64,000 bases of DNA from Euryarchaeota archaeon UBA171 (GCA_002497295.1 DANO01000039.1:16405-80404); one strand, 5' to 3'. Shown: positions 28,656 to 39,459, numbered from the stretch's first letter. Translations and numbers: made by a program. The notes: generated by a model from the letters alone, not told the origin.

Positions 28656-30171
28656 TTGAACCCTCCATGCCACTCAAAATCATCTCGGTCATCCTATTCG
28701 TATCACCTGACATTGACCTGTCCCCGTTTATTGGATCTGAAACTGATCTCACCATTTCATGATGCTTTTGAACGCCCTTGCCTGGTTTATGCTCTCTGAG
28801 ATCCAACGCTGCTGAGGCGACGAGCATCTCATTCCCGAGGACCGATGCTGCCAGTCTGCATATCTCTTCTAGACGCTGACAGGCTGTTGACCCCATTGAT
28901 ACATGATCTTCCTTCCCACCTGAAACGGGTATATTGGTTAATGCTGCTGGACTTGCTAGCAGCCTTATTCTTGCAATCGCAGCTGCTGAGACATATTGCA
29001 CAATCATCAACCCACTTTCAAGGCCGCTGTTATTTGCTAGATATGCGGGAAGCCCACTCCAACTTGGCATCAGCATTTGATTCGTTCGTCGTTCAGAAAT
29101 GGAACATATCTCATGTATCGCAGATGCTAAATTATCAGCTGCCAGAGCAAGAGGTTCACCATGGAAATTACCTCCACTAAGTACATCGTATCCGCCATCA
29201 CCATCCTCGAGTATTAGTGGGTTATCTGTAGCACTGTTGACATCTGATATAGCAATCTCTTTGCTTGATCTAACGACGTCTATAACGGCACCATGCACCT
29301 GAGGTGCACATCTGAAACTGTAAGCGTCCTGTACACGTTCGCAATCCTCATGAGACTTGTTTATCTGAGAACCCCGAAGATGACTCAAAATCCGATTGGC
29401 ACTGACCCTTTGGCCACGTTGCAATCTGACATCGTGTATTCTAGGGTCGAATGGCTTGTGAGAACCCGCTATAGCTTCGATACTCATTGCACATGCAGCA
29501 TCTGCAGCGGCGCATAGTCTGTCAGCATATGCTGCTGCTTCAGCAAGATAGGCTGCCATCTGAGAAGTTCCGTTGATCAGGGAAAGCCCCTCTTTCGCAC
29601 TTAGGATGACGGGTTCTCTACCTATGTTCTCAAAAACAGTCTTGGCTTGAATTTCCACCCATTCAGTCCCCTTTCTATGCATAAATTCACCTTCACCAAT
29701 AAGTGACATCGCCATATGGGCCAGCGGGGCGAGATCTCCTGAAGCGCCTAGTGAGCCAACTGATGGAATGGTTGGCGCATATCCGGAATTAACTAGGTCA
29801 AGCATCGTATCAACAACCTCCGGCCTTATACCCGAAACCCCCATGGTGAGCGAATTAGCTCGTATAGCCAGCATCCTAAGCGATGTTATGGGATTCATGG
29901 CCGGGCCAATACCGCAAGCATGACTAAGAATCAGATTGCGTTGTAACTGTTGAAGTTCCGAGGACTCTATCTTTACATTGGAAAGACTGCCGAATCCTGT
30001 ATTTATTCCATATACGGAGTCATCGCTCTCTAGAATCGACTCGACGTGCTCTCTTGACCTAGCCATTAATTTTCGTGCGGACTCTGAAATGGAAATCTTC
30101 GTTGGAATAATGCCAATCGACATGATATCCTCTATCGTCATTGATTTTCCATCGAGTACGATTTCTCTCAC
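28642..30171 (-). CDS. hutH: Histidine ammonia-lyase
   Basis: YGINTGFG, GSLGASGDLAPL (MIO-forming ASG), QDAYSFRC.PQVHG, SGGNFHG, EDHVSMG. Confidence 0.96.
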   Translation of the reverse strand: MREIVLDGKSMTIEDIMSIGIIPTKISISESARKLMARSREHVESILESDDSVYGINTGFGSLSNVKIESSELQQLQRNLILSHACGIGPAMNPITSLRMLAIRANSLTMGVSGIRPEVVDTMLDLVNSGYAPTIPSVGSLGASGDLAPLAHMAMSLIGEGEFMHRKGTEWVEIQAKTVFENIGREPVILSAKEGLSLINGTSQMAAYLAEAAAYADRLCAAADAACAMSIEAIAGSHKPFDPRIHDVRLQRGQRVSANRILSHLRGSQINKSHEDCERVQDAYSFRCAPQVHGAVIDVVRSSKEIAISDVNSATDNPLILEDGDGGYDVLSGGNFHGEPLALAADNLASAIHEICSISERRTNQMLMPSWSGLPAYLANNSGLESGLMIVQYVSAAAIARIRLLASPAALTNIPVSGGKEDHVSMGSTACQRLEEICRLAASVLGNEMLVASAALDLREHKPGKGVQKHHEMVRSVSDPINGDRSMSGDTNRMTEMILSGMEGSNGPN

Positions 30172-32192
30172 GGTGAATGTCCCCCTATCTTATCCAGCAA
30201 TTCTTTGTCTACCAGAGATGGTTCAGTGATTACTAGGCGAGGGTCTTTTTCCTTAGCCCTGTTTATCGCCCACATTGCACCAGGATTCCTGGCCCATGCC
30301 CTTCTGGCGATACCATTGTCAACATCCCATGAGAGCATAGATTCAGCACGTAGCGAGGCATCTACTGAACCATCTAGTAGGAGTCCGAATCCACCATTCA
30401 TCACTTCCCCCCATCCGACGCCTCCTCCATTATGCAAGCTAACCCATGTGGCTCCCCTACAGGCATCGCCGATGAAATTCTGTACTGCCATGTCGGCAGT
30501 AAACCTTGATCCGTCCCTGATATTGGCAGTTTCCCTGTATGGGCTATCTGTCCCTGAAACATCATGATGATCTCGTCCAAGGATGATCGGTGCCGATAAT
30601 TTTCCACTGGCTACTGCTTCATTGAATTTAGCAGCTATACGCTTTCTGCCATCACCATCTGCGTAAAGTATCCTAGCTTGACTTCCAACAACCATGCCAT
30701 AGCCATCTGCATTAGTAATCCACCTCAGGTTGTCTAGAATCTGGCTCAATATCTCATCGGGTGCGACAGCGGATTGCTCGAGTAGAACCTGCTTAGCTAT
30801 TTCATCGGTGATTTTCAGATCCTCCCTTGATCCTGATGAGCATACCCATCTAAACGGCCCAAAACCGAAATCAAAGCACATAGGCCCCATTATATTCTCG
30901 ACATAGGAGGGGTATCGGAATGAGCCATCTTCCCCTACATTTGCCCCTGCTCTAGATGCTTCTAACAAGAATGCGTTGCCATAGTCCCAGAATTTCATCC
31001 CTCTTTCAGAGAGCCGGTTTATGACGTCCCCATGATCTACAAGCGTCGATTGGACCATTTTTCTAAATTTTTCAGGATCATCTGAGAGCATTTGAGAAGC
31101 CTCGCTATGGGACATATTCCTTGGAATATAACCACCCAACCATGGGTTGTGAAGACTAGTTTGATCACTGCATAAATCTGGAACTACATCCGACTCTTCG
31201 AGATGCTCGAGGAGATCGACTATATTACCAACATAACCGATTGAAATCGCTTCCTTACTAGCTATAGCCTCCTTCGCCCGAGTTGTAATCCACTCGAGAT
31301 CATCGCTCATTTCCGATAACCAGCCTTGTGAGCGCCTCTTCTCTACAGCATGTCGGTTAGTCTCTGCAATTATCCCAACCGCGCCGGTTATCACTGCAGC
31401 CTTTGCTTGAGCACCCGACATGCCGCCAAGGCCAGAGGTTACGAAAAGAACCCCCTCCAATCCTCGCTCGTGATCCAGACCAAGATGAAGCCTCGCTGCA
31501 TTAAGGAGGGTTATCGTCGTGCCGTGTACGATTCCCTGTGGCCCGATATACATGTAGGATCCAGCCGTCATCTGGCCGTACTGAGTAACACCTATTGCAT
31601 TGTGATAATCATAATCCTCTTGAGTGGAGTGATTAGGTATCATCATACCATTTGTTATGATTACTCTAGGTGAGTCTTTGTTAGAAGGGAATAGCCCCAT
31701 TGGGTGGCCCGAGTACATCACAAGAGTCTGTTCTTCGGACATCATACTGAGAAGTCGCATCGATACGAGATACTGTGCCCAATTCTGGAATACCGAGCCG
31801 TTCCCGCCGTAAGTAACAAGCTCGTGTGGGTATTGCGCGACTGCGGGGTCTAGATTGTTCTGTATCATCAGCATTATCGCTGCTGCAGATGGTGTTTCTG
31901 CTGGATAATCGCCTATCGGTCTTGCATGCATCGGATAATCCGGCCTGAACCTATGCATGTACACATGGCCATACTTCCGAAGCTCTTCAGAGAAATCCTC
32001 TGCTAGTTCTTCATGCCATGATTTTGGGAAGTATCTGAGTGCATTTTCTATAGCGAGGGAGAAGGATTCCTTGTCAAGATTCATGGGGCGTGGCGGAGCA
32101 TGATCTACATCTAGGTCTATTTCTCGCTTGGGGGGAAGGTCTTCCGGTATCCCTCCTCTAACGAGTCCTCTGAAAGATTCTTTATCGCCCAT
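30168..32192 (-). CDS. hutU: Urocanate hydratase, long form
   Basis: NNLDP.VAQ.P.ELVTYGG, YGQMTAGS..YIGPQGIVHGT, GLGGMSGAQ, GRDHHD, HNGGGVGWG. Confidence 0.96.
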   Translation of the reverse strand: MGDKESFRGLVRGGIPEDLPPKREIDLDVDHAPPRPMNLDKESFSLAIENALRYFPKSWHEELAEDFSEELRKYGHVYMHRFRPDYPMHARPIGDYPAETPSAAAIMLMIQNNLDPAVAQYPHELVTYGGNGSVFQNWAQYLVSMRLLSMMSEEQTLVMYSGHPMGLFPSNKDSPRVIITNGMMIPNHSTQEDYDYHNAIGVTQYGQMTAGSYMYIGPQGIVHGTTITLLNAARLHLGLDHERGLEGVLFVTSGLGGMSGAQAKAAVITGAVGIIAETNRHAVEKRRSQGWLSEMSDDLEWITTRAKEAIASKEAISIGYVGNIVDLLEHLEESDVVPDLCSDQTSLHNPWLGGYIPRNMSHSEASQMLSDDPEKFRKMVQSTLVDHGDVINRLSERGMKFWDYGNAFLLEASRAGANVGEDGSFRYPSYVENIMGPMCFDFGFGPFRWVCSSGSREDLKITDEIAKQVLLEQSAVAPDEILSQILDNLRWITNADGYGMVVGSQARILYADGDGRKRIAAKFNEAVASGKLSAPIILGRDHHDVSGTDSPYRETANIRDGSRFTADMAVQNFIGDACRGATWVSLHNGGGVGWGEVMNGGFGLLLDGSVDASLRAESMLSWDVDNGIARRAWARNPGAMWAINRAKEKDPRLVITEPSLVDKELLDKIGGHSP

Positions 32193-32782
32193 CAAGATTC
32201 GCTCCAATCCAATGTTATTGAGAGCATGTTTTCTATTTCTTCCATCATCGTGGATAGCTTCGACTTAATTGACAGTCTTTTTTGATTAGAAATCTCGGGA
32301 AGGTTGGCTGCAACATTATACGCTCCGATAACCGAAGCAGTAGCCAAGAGATGCTTTGAGGCCATTAAATCACTGTGAGCATTTTTATTATGATTACCAT
32401 TTATCTCCATGTGAAGAAGAGAAATCTCATGGGCCCTTGAAACGAGATCCAGTGGGATTTCAGCAGCGATTAATGATGCGGATTCTATTGCCCCTCTTCT
32501 GCTTGGATCTTCCTTGTCCAAACGATATGCTTCTACTACAGTGTCATACGCCTTGCAATCTTCGCTGTACCCATCGATTGCAATATCTTCGAATCCCATA
32601 GTTTTGGAAATTATAGATTCCGCGGATAGATGTCCATCTGACCACTTTTTTGATTTGAGTGTTAGATTAGAAACCATTCTCAGAAGAGCAGTTCCCTGGC
32701 CCAATGCGAGCCAACCTACCGCGCCGCCCCCGGGGGTAGGCCGTCCATCTGAAATGTTGGAAAGAGTCTCTTTGATGTCCAT
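32192..32782 (-). CDS. Formiminotetrahydrofolate cyclodeaminase
   Basis: PTPGGG, D..AY..V..AYRL, N.N..SD, NV..NL; lies in the hut cluster. Confidence 0.88.
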   Translation of the reverse strand: MDIKETLSNISDGRPTPGGGAVGWLALGQGTALLRMVSNLTLKSKKWSDGHLSAESIISKTMGFEDIAIDGYSEDCKAYDTVVEAYRLDKEDPSRRGAIESASLIAAEIPLDLVSRAHEISLLHMEINGNHNKNAHSDLMASKHLLATASVIGAYNVAANLPEISNQKRLSIKSKLSTMMEEIENMLSITLDWSES

Positions 32783-32794
32783 TTTTCCACCAGC

Positions 32795-33814
32795 CTATAT
32801 GTCTCTTAGAGCCCATTCTATTATTCTCGATTCAGGGTTGAATTTTTCAAGAGTGCTGAGTCCCAAACCTAGTATCGCTTGCTCCACTAGAGTCTCCTCC
32901 GATGCATCTTCGCCAAGATACCAACGACCTGCCCTGAGCATGCTTTGAAGAGGTACGAGTCCGACAATCTCGCTTCCATTTACCCTTGCACCAAGTGCCC
33001 GTGCCAGAGCCAGAACAGCTTCATAGGCTACGTGAATATCTGTTTCGTCGGGATTCGAGAGATTCATTGATACTTGCGATATTCCATGTGATTCAAGCTT
33101 CACACCCATCCCCTGAACAGATTCTAGCATGCCCCCGACCCTTATTCTCTGACCAGATTCAGACTTGATGAGGAATCCGGACGTCCTGAGGACTTTGCCA
33201 ACTGTAGCCGAAACTTGTGGCTCGACCTCTTCGATATTTACGTTGTATGCTATCAAGATTGGACGTACTCCAATGGCCATAGCACCGAATCTATCGCAGC
33301 TTTCATCCCACTCTCCGGACCAACTATCGGGCATTCTAGTCTCTTCATTTTTCCACACCCCTCCTGAAAATCTCTCCTTGAGTCCTTCATATCCTCCTCT
33401 TCGTAAATCGGGTAATCGTGACCTAGAAGGATGACTGGCGTATGACCCGTATTTGAACATCGATACTTCCCCCATTAGTTCTGTGAAGCAGGCTTCAGCG
33501 ACAGAGGCAGCATCCTCTTCGGTTGATTCTCCAAGCGGTATGAATGGTAGCACGTCAACTGCACCCATTCGAGGATGACCTCCTTTATGCTGCCTCATAT
33601 CAATCAGCGAGCGGGCTCTTCTGACAAGATCTATGCTGGAACGTATGACTTGTTCCGGATTCCCGGCATAGGTTATCACTGTCCTATTGTAATCCTCATC
33701 CGGCTCAACACCAAGTACACTTGAGCCTCCATCTTCGACAGAAGACACGATTGATTGGATAATCGATGTATCTCGTCCTTCGCTTATGTTAGGAACAGCC
33801 TCTATAAGAGTCAT
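32795..33814 (-). CDS. Glutamate formiminotransferase
   Basis: EAVPNISEGRD, D.DYNRTV.T, IDMRQHKG.HPRMGAVDV.PF, QVSMNL, GSEIVGLVP. Confidence 0.93.
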   Translation of the reverse strand: MTLIEAVPNISEGRDTSIIQSIVSSVEDGGSSVLGVEPDEDYNRTVITYAGNPEQVIRSSIDLVRRARSLIDMRQHKGGHPRMGAVDVLPFIPLGESTEEDAASVAEACFTELMGEVSMFKYGSYASHPSRSRLPDLRRGGYEGLKERFSGGVWKNEETRMPDSWSGEWDESCDRFGAMAIGVRPILIAYNVNIEEVEPQVSATVGKVLRTSGFLIKSESGQRIRVGGMLESVQGMGVKLESHGISQVSMNLSNPDETDIHVAYEAVLALARALGARVNGSEIVGLVPLQSMLRAGRWYLGEDASEETLVEQAILGLGLSTLEKFNPESRIIEWALRDI

Positions 33815-33824
33815 TTTTCTGACC

Positions 33825-35054
33825 TCACTGATACAATGCCTCTGCTCCTTCACTTGAGCGAGATCTTTCTGAGAGTACTCTGGTGACTCCTTCCTCTAAG
33901 TCTTCCTTTGACATGCTGTTCTTACGTTCTGATATTGCATGCATACCGGCCTCTGTCACCACCGCCTTCAATTCTGCACCACTCATTCCTTCGCATTTTT
34001 TGGCTAACTTCCTCATATCAACGGAATCATCAACAGGGGTATTTCTAGTGTGGATTTCAAGAATTGATATCCTTCCTTCGAAATCAGGTACATCTATTCC
34101 AATTATCCTATCAAACCTACCGGGCCGTAACAAGGCTTTGTCCAGCAGTTCCATCCTGTTTGTGGCAGCGATTACCATCACACCCTCAGATTCTGAGAAT
34201 CCATCCATTTCAGCAAGAAGTTGCATCAGGGTTCTATGGACTTCGCGGTCACCAGAGGTTGTGGAATCAAGTCTTTTACTACCAATTGCATCTATTTCGT
34301 CAATGAATATCACTGATGGGGCCTTTTCTCTTGCCATCGAAAAGATTTCGCGAACAAGTCTACCACCTTCTCCGATATATTTCTGGGCAAGCTCTGATCC
34401 GACTATACCGAGGAATGTTGCGTTAGTTGAGTTTGCAAGTGCCTTTGCCAACATGGTCTTCCCATTGCCAGGGGGGCCTGAAAGAAGAACGCCCCTTGGA
34501 GGGTCTATCCCAAATTTAGAGAAAGCTTCTGGATTGAGAAGAGGCATCTCAACAGCTTCTCGTAGGGATTTTATTTGTTTATCGAGACCCCCGAGCATGC
34601 TGAATTTCGTATCTGGTTTGTGAATTATCTCGGAAGCAGCTACCAAGGGATCCCATCCGTCATTTAGAATCTCAATTATGGATAATGTGTCCTGATTCAG
34701 AGTTACTCTCGACCCAGGCGATAGGTCCGCTTGGTCGATTCGAGGGTTGTATGTTACCAGGAATACAGTTCCATTAGAGCTCTTGACGATAGCTCTGTCT
34801 TCGATGACGTCCTGGACATGACCCACGACCAGCGGCGGTGATTTGAGGTGTCTAAGATCTTCCTCTAGTCTCCCTGCTCTCTTGGATACCTGTGTAATCT
34901 CGTTTTCCAAAAGAAGCTTTTCGGTGAGGAGTGTTTGTGTTCTGTCCGCGAGCATCTCAAAGTCACGTTTGAGTGAATCGATCTCTGAGGCCATATTTGT
35001 AATGCTATCGACGTCATCTTCGACATGAGATGTGCCTGCCGCGTCGCTCGCCAT
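33825..35054 (-). CDS. pan: Proteasome-activating nucleotidase
   Basis: N-terminal coiled coil, OB domain, GPPGNGKT, FIDEID, RPGRFDR, C-terminal HbYX motif (LYQ). Confidence 0.95.
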   Translation of the reverse strand: MASDAAGTSHVEDDVDSITNMASEIDSLKRDFEMLADRTQTLLTEKLLLENEITQVSKRAGRLEEDLRHLKSPPLVVGHVQDVIEDRAIVKSSNGTVFLVTYNPRIDQADLSPGSRVTLNQDTLSIIEILNDGWDPLVAASEIIHKPDTKFSMLGGLDKQIKSLREAVEMPLLNPEAFSKFGIDPPRGVLLSGPPGNGKTMLAKALANSTNATFLGIVGSELAQKYIGEGGRLVREIFSMAREKAPSVIFIDEIDAIGSKRLDSTTSGDREVHRTLMQLLAEMDGFSESEGVMVIAATNRMELLDKALLRPGRFDRIIGIDVPDFEGRISILEIHTRNTPVDDSVDMRKLAKKCEGMSGAELKAVVTEAGMHAISERKNSMSKEDLEEGVTRVLSERSRSSEGAEALYQ

Positions 35055-35130
35055 GGGGCTCCTTCTATACAGACAGTTGAGAAGGCTTCGGCTGAGTCGA
35101 ATTCATGACTGATTAGCAAAACCGCGTAGC

Positions 35131-35613
35131 ATGGGCGTGTGCGAGCTGTGCGGAAAAGAGAATACCGGAGTCTTCAATATACTAGTTTCTGGCGCACAAA
35201 TATCTGCGTGTGTTGCATGTAGTACTAAGAGAGGTTTTTCTATTCCGTCTAGAGAAACGGACAGAGCAAGATCATCGGTCAAATCACCAATTTCTAGGGC
35301 CCGCAAGGCCCGGCCAACGTTCGAAGCTGCAAGTGACTTTCACATAAGAATAAGAAAGGCCAGGGAAGCCAATGGAATGAGTGTCGAGGAGCTTGGGAGG
35401 AAGATGAATCTCCGCGTACAAGATCTTCAGAAATACGAAGGCGGAAGTGTACCTCCTGACTCAATAGCCAAAAAACTAGAGAGGGAGTTAGGGATAGTTA
35501 TTCTGGAGGAAGCTGAGGCGAATGACGTCTCTCCAGTCGTAAAACGTTCCAATAAGTCCGTTACTATCACGGATATGCTAGATGATCTGATGAGGGATGC
35601 ATCCAATGACTGA
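35131..35613 (+). CDS. mbf1: Archaeal multiprotein bridging factor aMBF1
   Basis: CELCG..C..C Zn ribbon plus Cro-like HTH (IRKARE..GMS.EEL..KKLE..L). Confidence 0.88.
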   Translation: MGVCELCGKENTGVFNILVSGAQISACVACSTKRGFSIPSRETDRARSSVKSPISRARKARPTFEAASDFHIRIRKAREANGMSVEELGRKMNLRVQDLQKYEGGSVPPDSIAKKLERELGIVILEEAEANDVSPVVKRSNKSVTITDMLDDLMRDASND

Positions 35614-36154
35614 TGTTAAGAAAATCAGAATTGAAGCCATACATCTCGATCAGGACGACCCTAAGAAATGCACTGCCAAGAAATTAGAGAAGAGGGGACT
35701 CATACGGTGCAAGACAAGGATATCCTCAGCTGCGAAGAAGGGAATTCTACTAGATCCCCTCTCAGAGATACTGCTTAGTCCAAGTGATGTGAATTTAATC
35801 GAAAGCGGCGCTCTTGTTGCGTTGGATTGCTCATGGAAGAGGATTCATGAATCTGTCAGGATTATATCAAAAACCACAAGGCTCGAATCAAGGATACTCC
35901 CCATCTTGCTCGCAGGGAATCCAGTGAGCTGGGGAAAGAGAGGACGAATGAGTACTGCAGAGGCTCTATCCGCCACCCTATACATAGTTGGCTACAAAGA
36001 ACAGGCCATTTCACTATTGAATCCATTTAAGTTCGGTGATGCGTTTATGGATTTAAACAGGCAACTGCTTGAAGCGTACTCGTCTTGCAATAGTCAGACT
36101 GAAGTTGAGAAGATGCAGTGGGAATTTTTTGATCGTCCATCATCTGACATTTGA
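35606..36154 (+). CDS. tsr3: 16S rRNA aminocarboxypropyltransferase Tsr3 (DUF367)
   Basis: QDDPKKCTAKKL, LDCSW, R.LP.L.AGNPV.WG..STAEAL. Confidence 0.92.
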   Translation: MTDVKKIRIEAIHLDQDDPKKCTAKKLEKRGLIRCKTRISSAAKKGILLDPLSEILLSPSDVNLIESGALVALDCSWKRIHESVRIISKTTRLESRILPILLAGNPVSWGKRGRMSTAEALSATLYIVGYKEQAISLLNPFKFGDAFMDLNRQLLEAYSSCNSQTEVEKMQWEFFDRPSSDI

Positions 36155-38296
36155 TCCCGGGGCTATGTCTCCGTCTGGCCTAAGTAGTCGTACGGATCCT
36201 TTGCCGTCATCGGCTGCCAAGAGCATGCCCTCCGACATAACGCCTCTGAGTTTCCTGGGCTCTAAATTAGCGACAAAAACGACCAAAGAGCCTGTGAGGT
36301 CTTCTTTGGTATAGTGGTCTTTTAGACCTGCGCAAACAGTTCGATCTTGCTCGTCACCTTCAGATATCTTGACCACATAAAGGCGGTCTGCATCGGGGTG
36401 GTCGTCGACGGAGACGATCTTGCCTATTCTGAGTTCGACGGATGCAAATGTATCGAAATCAACGAATGCCACACCTTCGATGTGTGAGGTGTCGTTATTC
36501 ATTGTGTCTGTAGATTCTTCATCTGAGAGTATACTCTCGAGATCGAGTCTAGTAAAAAGAGGGGCGGATTTAGGCAAGTGAGATGGACGTTCGCCGCTAG
36601 CCATTGCATCATCCCACAGCAAATCTCTCGGATTTCCAGGTTCTCCTATCATGCCCCACAATCTTTCTGATTGGAAGGGCATGTATGGATAGGTGAGTAT
36701 TGAAAGAACCCTTAGGCTATGCCATGCGGCAGATAGGGGTAACAACGCTTTCTGAATTTCTTCTGGATCATCGGAACGTAGATACTTCCAAGGTTCAGAT
36801 CTTTGAAGAAAGCCGTTGCCCTCTTGGGATATGTCCATTATCTTCCTGAGAGCCTCCTTGAACCTCTGACGTTCCATCGAATCAATTGCTCCCTCGATTT
36901 TCGACTCTATGAATTTCTTAAAATCTGGATATGCCTCCAAGCCTGGCAAGGAGGCAACAGGGTTGAATCCATCCTTGGAAGCACGTTTCACTAGTGAGAG
37001 CACCCTATTCACATAATTACCATAATTACCAATCAACTCAGAATTGACGCGTTCCACGAATTCGTCCCATCGAAAGTCTGTATCGTGAAGTTCTGGCATG
37101 TTTATGGTCAAATGATAACGAAGTGAATCAGGATCGTATCTTTCGAGGAATGTAGGAAGCCAAACTGCATGCTTCCGACTTGTCGAGAATTGATCCCCGG
37201 AGAGCATCAAATATTCATTGGATGCGACGTTGTCCTCGAGGTGAAGCTTCGCTTGCTCGTCCTTTCCTGTGTTAAGTGCCAACAATATGGCTGGCCATAT
37301 TATAGTGTGAAAAGGGATGTTATCCTTCCCCATGAAATATATATGTTTGAGAGATTCTCCATGTATCCACCACTTCTTCCAGATATCCTCATAGACACCA
37401 TCATGTGACTTGCTTGCGTGCTGTTCTGCCCATATTCTTGCACAGGTCAAGTATCCCTGAACAGCATCAAACCACACGTAGACCCGTTTTGATGCCCATA
37501 CTTCTTCCTCCAATGGTATCGATACGCCCCATTCTATATCCCTGGTGACTGCACGTGGACGTAGGCCCATATCTAGCCAATTCTTTGTCATGGACCTAAC
37601 ATTCGGCTTCCAAACCCTCTGTCGCTCTGATGCATGATCTTCCAAATCTTTCTGAAGGAGATCCAACCTGAAAAAGAGGTGATCAGTTTTCCGAATTTCG
37701 ACAGGATCTTCAGGATTAAGTTTTGAGACTGGTTCTATCAGCTCATCTGCCTCGTATGTTGATCCACATGTGTCGCATTGATCGCCTCTAGCACCATCCG
37801 CAGAACATCTTGGGCATTTTCCGAAAACATACCTATCAGGAAGGAATTGTATGTCGCCATTATCCTTGACGGAGCAGAACTGCTCCATAGTTTCCCTCAT
37901 CAAAAATCCTTTTTCATGTAATTCCAGTATGACTTCTTGAACAAGTTCATGGTGCCTTGAGTCAGAAGTTCTGCCATACAAGGCGCCGCCATAATCTACA
38001 CCTCTGGAATCGATATTATCGTCCCAAGAACAGCCTAGCCTCAACAGAGAGTCAAGTATATCTTTGTGATTCTCATCCACAATTTCCTGTGGTGATTTCC
38101 CTGTTTCATCAGCAGTCACTGTTATCGGTGTTCCGTGCTCATCAGAGCCGCTCAACATCAATACTCTCCTACCTCTCATTCGTTCATACTTGTACTGTAT
38201 ATCGGCAGGAAGGCAATTGCCTGCTACATGTCCCAGATGAAGTGGTCCATTGGCATAGGGCCAGGCCATGAAAATTGCAACATGCTGACTGTCCAC
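36140..38296 (-). CDS. metG: Methionine--tRNA ligase with C-terminal tRNA-binding domain
   Basis: AWPYANGPLHLGH, GSDEHG, Zn knuckle, YVWFDA, GKDN..FH, FSTS, C-terminal NL.PRKLRGVMSEGM; likely GTG start 38296 with GGAG RBS (the ORF track over-extends it). Confidence 0.96.
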   Translation of the reverse strand: MDSQHVAIFMAWPYANGPLHLGHVAGNCLPADIQYKYERMRGRRVLMLSGSDEHGTPITVTADETGKSPQEIVDENHKDILDSLLRLGCSWDDNIDSRGVDYGGALYGRTSDSRHHELVQEVILELHEKGFLMRETMEQFCSVKDNGDIQFLPDRYVFGKCPRCSADGARGDQCDTCGSTYEADELIEPVSKLNPEDPVEIRKTDHLFFRLDLLQKDLEDHASERQRVWKPNVRSMTKNWLDMGLRPRAVTRDIEWGVSIPLEEEVWASKRVYVWFDAVQGYLTCARIWAEQHASKSHDGVYEDIWKKWWIHGESLKHIYFMGKDNIPFHTIIWPAILLALNTGKDEQAKLHLEDNVASNEYLMLSGDQFSTSRKHAVWLPTFLERYDPDSLRYHLTINMPELHDTDFRWDEFVERVNSELIGNYGNYVNRVLSLVKRASKDGFNPVASLPGLEAYPDFKKFIESKIEGAIDSMERQRFKEALRKIMDISQEGNGFLQRSEPWKYLRSDDPEEIQKALLPLSAAWHSLRVLSILTYPYMPFQSERLWGMIGEPGNPRDLLWDDAMASGERPSHLPKSAPLFTRLDLESILSDEESTDTMNNDTSHIEGVAFVDFDTFASVELRIGKIVSVDDHPDADRLYVVKISEGDEQDRTVCAGLKDHYTKEDLTGSLVVFVANLEPRKLRGVMSEGMLLAADDGKGSVRLLRPDGDIAPGSNVR

Positions 38297-38411
38297 GTGT
38301 CCGCTCCCGGACAGCCACATATTTAGGAGATGGGCAAACTCGGAGTTATGGAGCAACGCAACCTCATGCATACCAGCTTTGTCCAATCTCCCCCTCGGAG
38401 GAACCCCTAAA

Positions 38412-39458
38412 GTGACTCCCATATCCGCTATTTTGCTATATGGAACGGTCGCTCTGGGAGTTTCATTTATCTGCTCAATACTCGAAGCTGTTCTACTAAG
38501 CACGACCAGGGGCCACGTACTCGCATTGCAGCCGAAGATGCCCACAACCGCTGAAAGATGGCTGACATTCAAGGATGATCCAGAACGCCCCCTCACCGCC
38601 ATACTCACTCTGAACACAATCGCACACACTGTGGGTGCGCTGGGTGTCGGCTCTGAAGTAGAAAATGCGTATCCCGGCGAATATGCACTAGCAATCGCAT
38701 CAACTATTCTGACACTTCTCGTATTGCTCCTCTCGGAAATTCTTCCTAAAACAGTTGGAACACTCTATTGGAGACGACTCACAGTTAGTGCGGGGTTGGT
38801 ACTTCACTGGATGACAATCGTACTAGCACCCATAATATGGCCAATCGAAAAGACACGCAGGCTTCTTCCATCCGTCAAAGAGGAGGCGATGACTCGAGAT
38901 GAGATATCTGTCATAGCAGACATAGCCGAAGAGACCGACGTCATAGATGAGAGAGAGGAGAGCATCATACAGAATCTATTGATGCTCAAAGAGATGACTG
39001 TGGGGGCGATTATGACCCCAAGGACCGTCATGACCTCCGTCGAATCTGAAGAGACGATTGGATCGGTCATGGAGCGTATTCCCGTAATGGTTCATGGCAG
39101 GATGCCCGTGTTCGATGAGGATGCCGTAGTTGGCATGGTGCTGAGGTCGGATATTCTCAAGAATGCAGCTGCAGATAATTTCGATCCGCTGATGACTGCG
39201 ATAATGCGTCCAATATCGAGTGTTCATTCTGACGGATCCATAGATGCAGCACTCAGAATAATGCTTGAGGATAGGGTGCAAATTTTGACTGTGGAAGAAG
39301 AATTTGGAACCATCATCGGCCTAGTAACAATGGAAGACGTCATTGAAACACTACTCGGGGTCGAGATAGTAGATGAAGCGGATATCGAAGGCATAGAGGA
39401 TGGAGCGGTAAGGGAAGATATGCGCGAGTTGGCTATGATGCGTCGAGAAGAAGAGTGA
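38412..39458 (+). CDS. CNNM/DUF21 plus CBS-domain membrane protein (CorB/TlyC-like)
   Basis: SFICSILEAVLLS, ILTLNTIAHTVGA, SEILPKT.G, IMTPR, GLVTMEDVIE. Confidence 0.9.
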   Translation: MTPISAILLYGTVALGVSFICSILEAVLLSTTRGHVLALQPKMPTTAERWLTFKDDPERPLTAILTLNTIAHTVGALGVGSEVENAYPGEYALAIASTILTLLVLLLSEILPKTVGTLYWRRLTVSAGLVLHWMTIVLAPIIWPIEKTRRLLPSVKEEAMTRDEISVIADIAEETDVIDEREESIIQNLLMLKEMTVGAIMTPRTVMTSVESEETIGSVMERIPVMVHGRMPVFDEDAVVGMVLRSDILKNAAADNFDPLMTAIMRPISSVHSDGSIDAALRIMLEDRVQILTVEEEFGTIIGLVTMEDVIETLLGVEIVDEADIEGIEDGAVREDMRELAMMRREEE

Positions 39459-39459
39459 T

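Noticed and set aside
33883..34623. 246-aa plus-strand ORF, and similar long antisense ORFs (1293-1910, 7105-7590, 41350-41817, 59243-59725, 61537-61971)
   Set aside because: They lie antisense to well-identified genes and are Ser/Ile/Pro-rich with no motifs; typical shadow ORFs.
38297..38629. Apparent 110-aa N-terminal extension of MetRS
   Set aside because: It overlaps the divergent CNNM gene; a GTG at 38296 with a GGAG RBS gives a normal-length MetRS.
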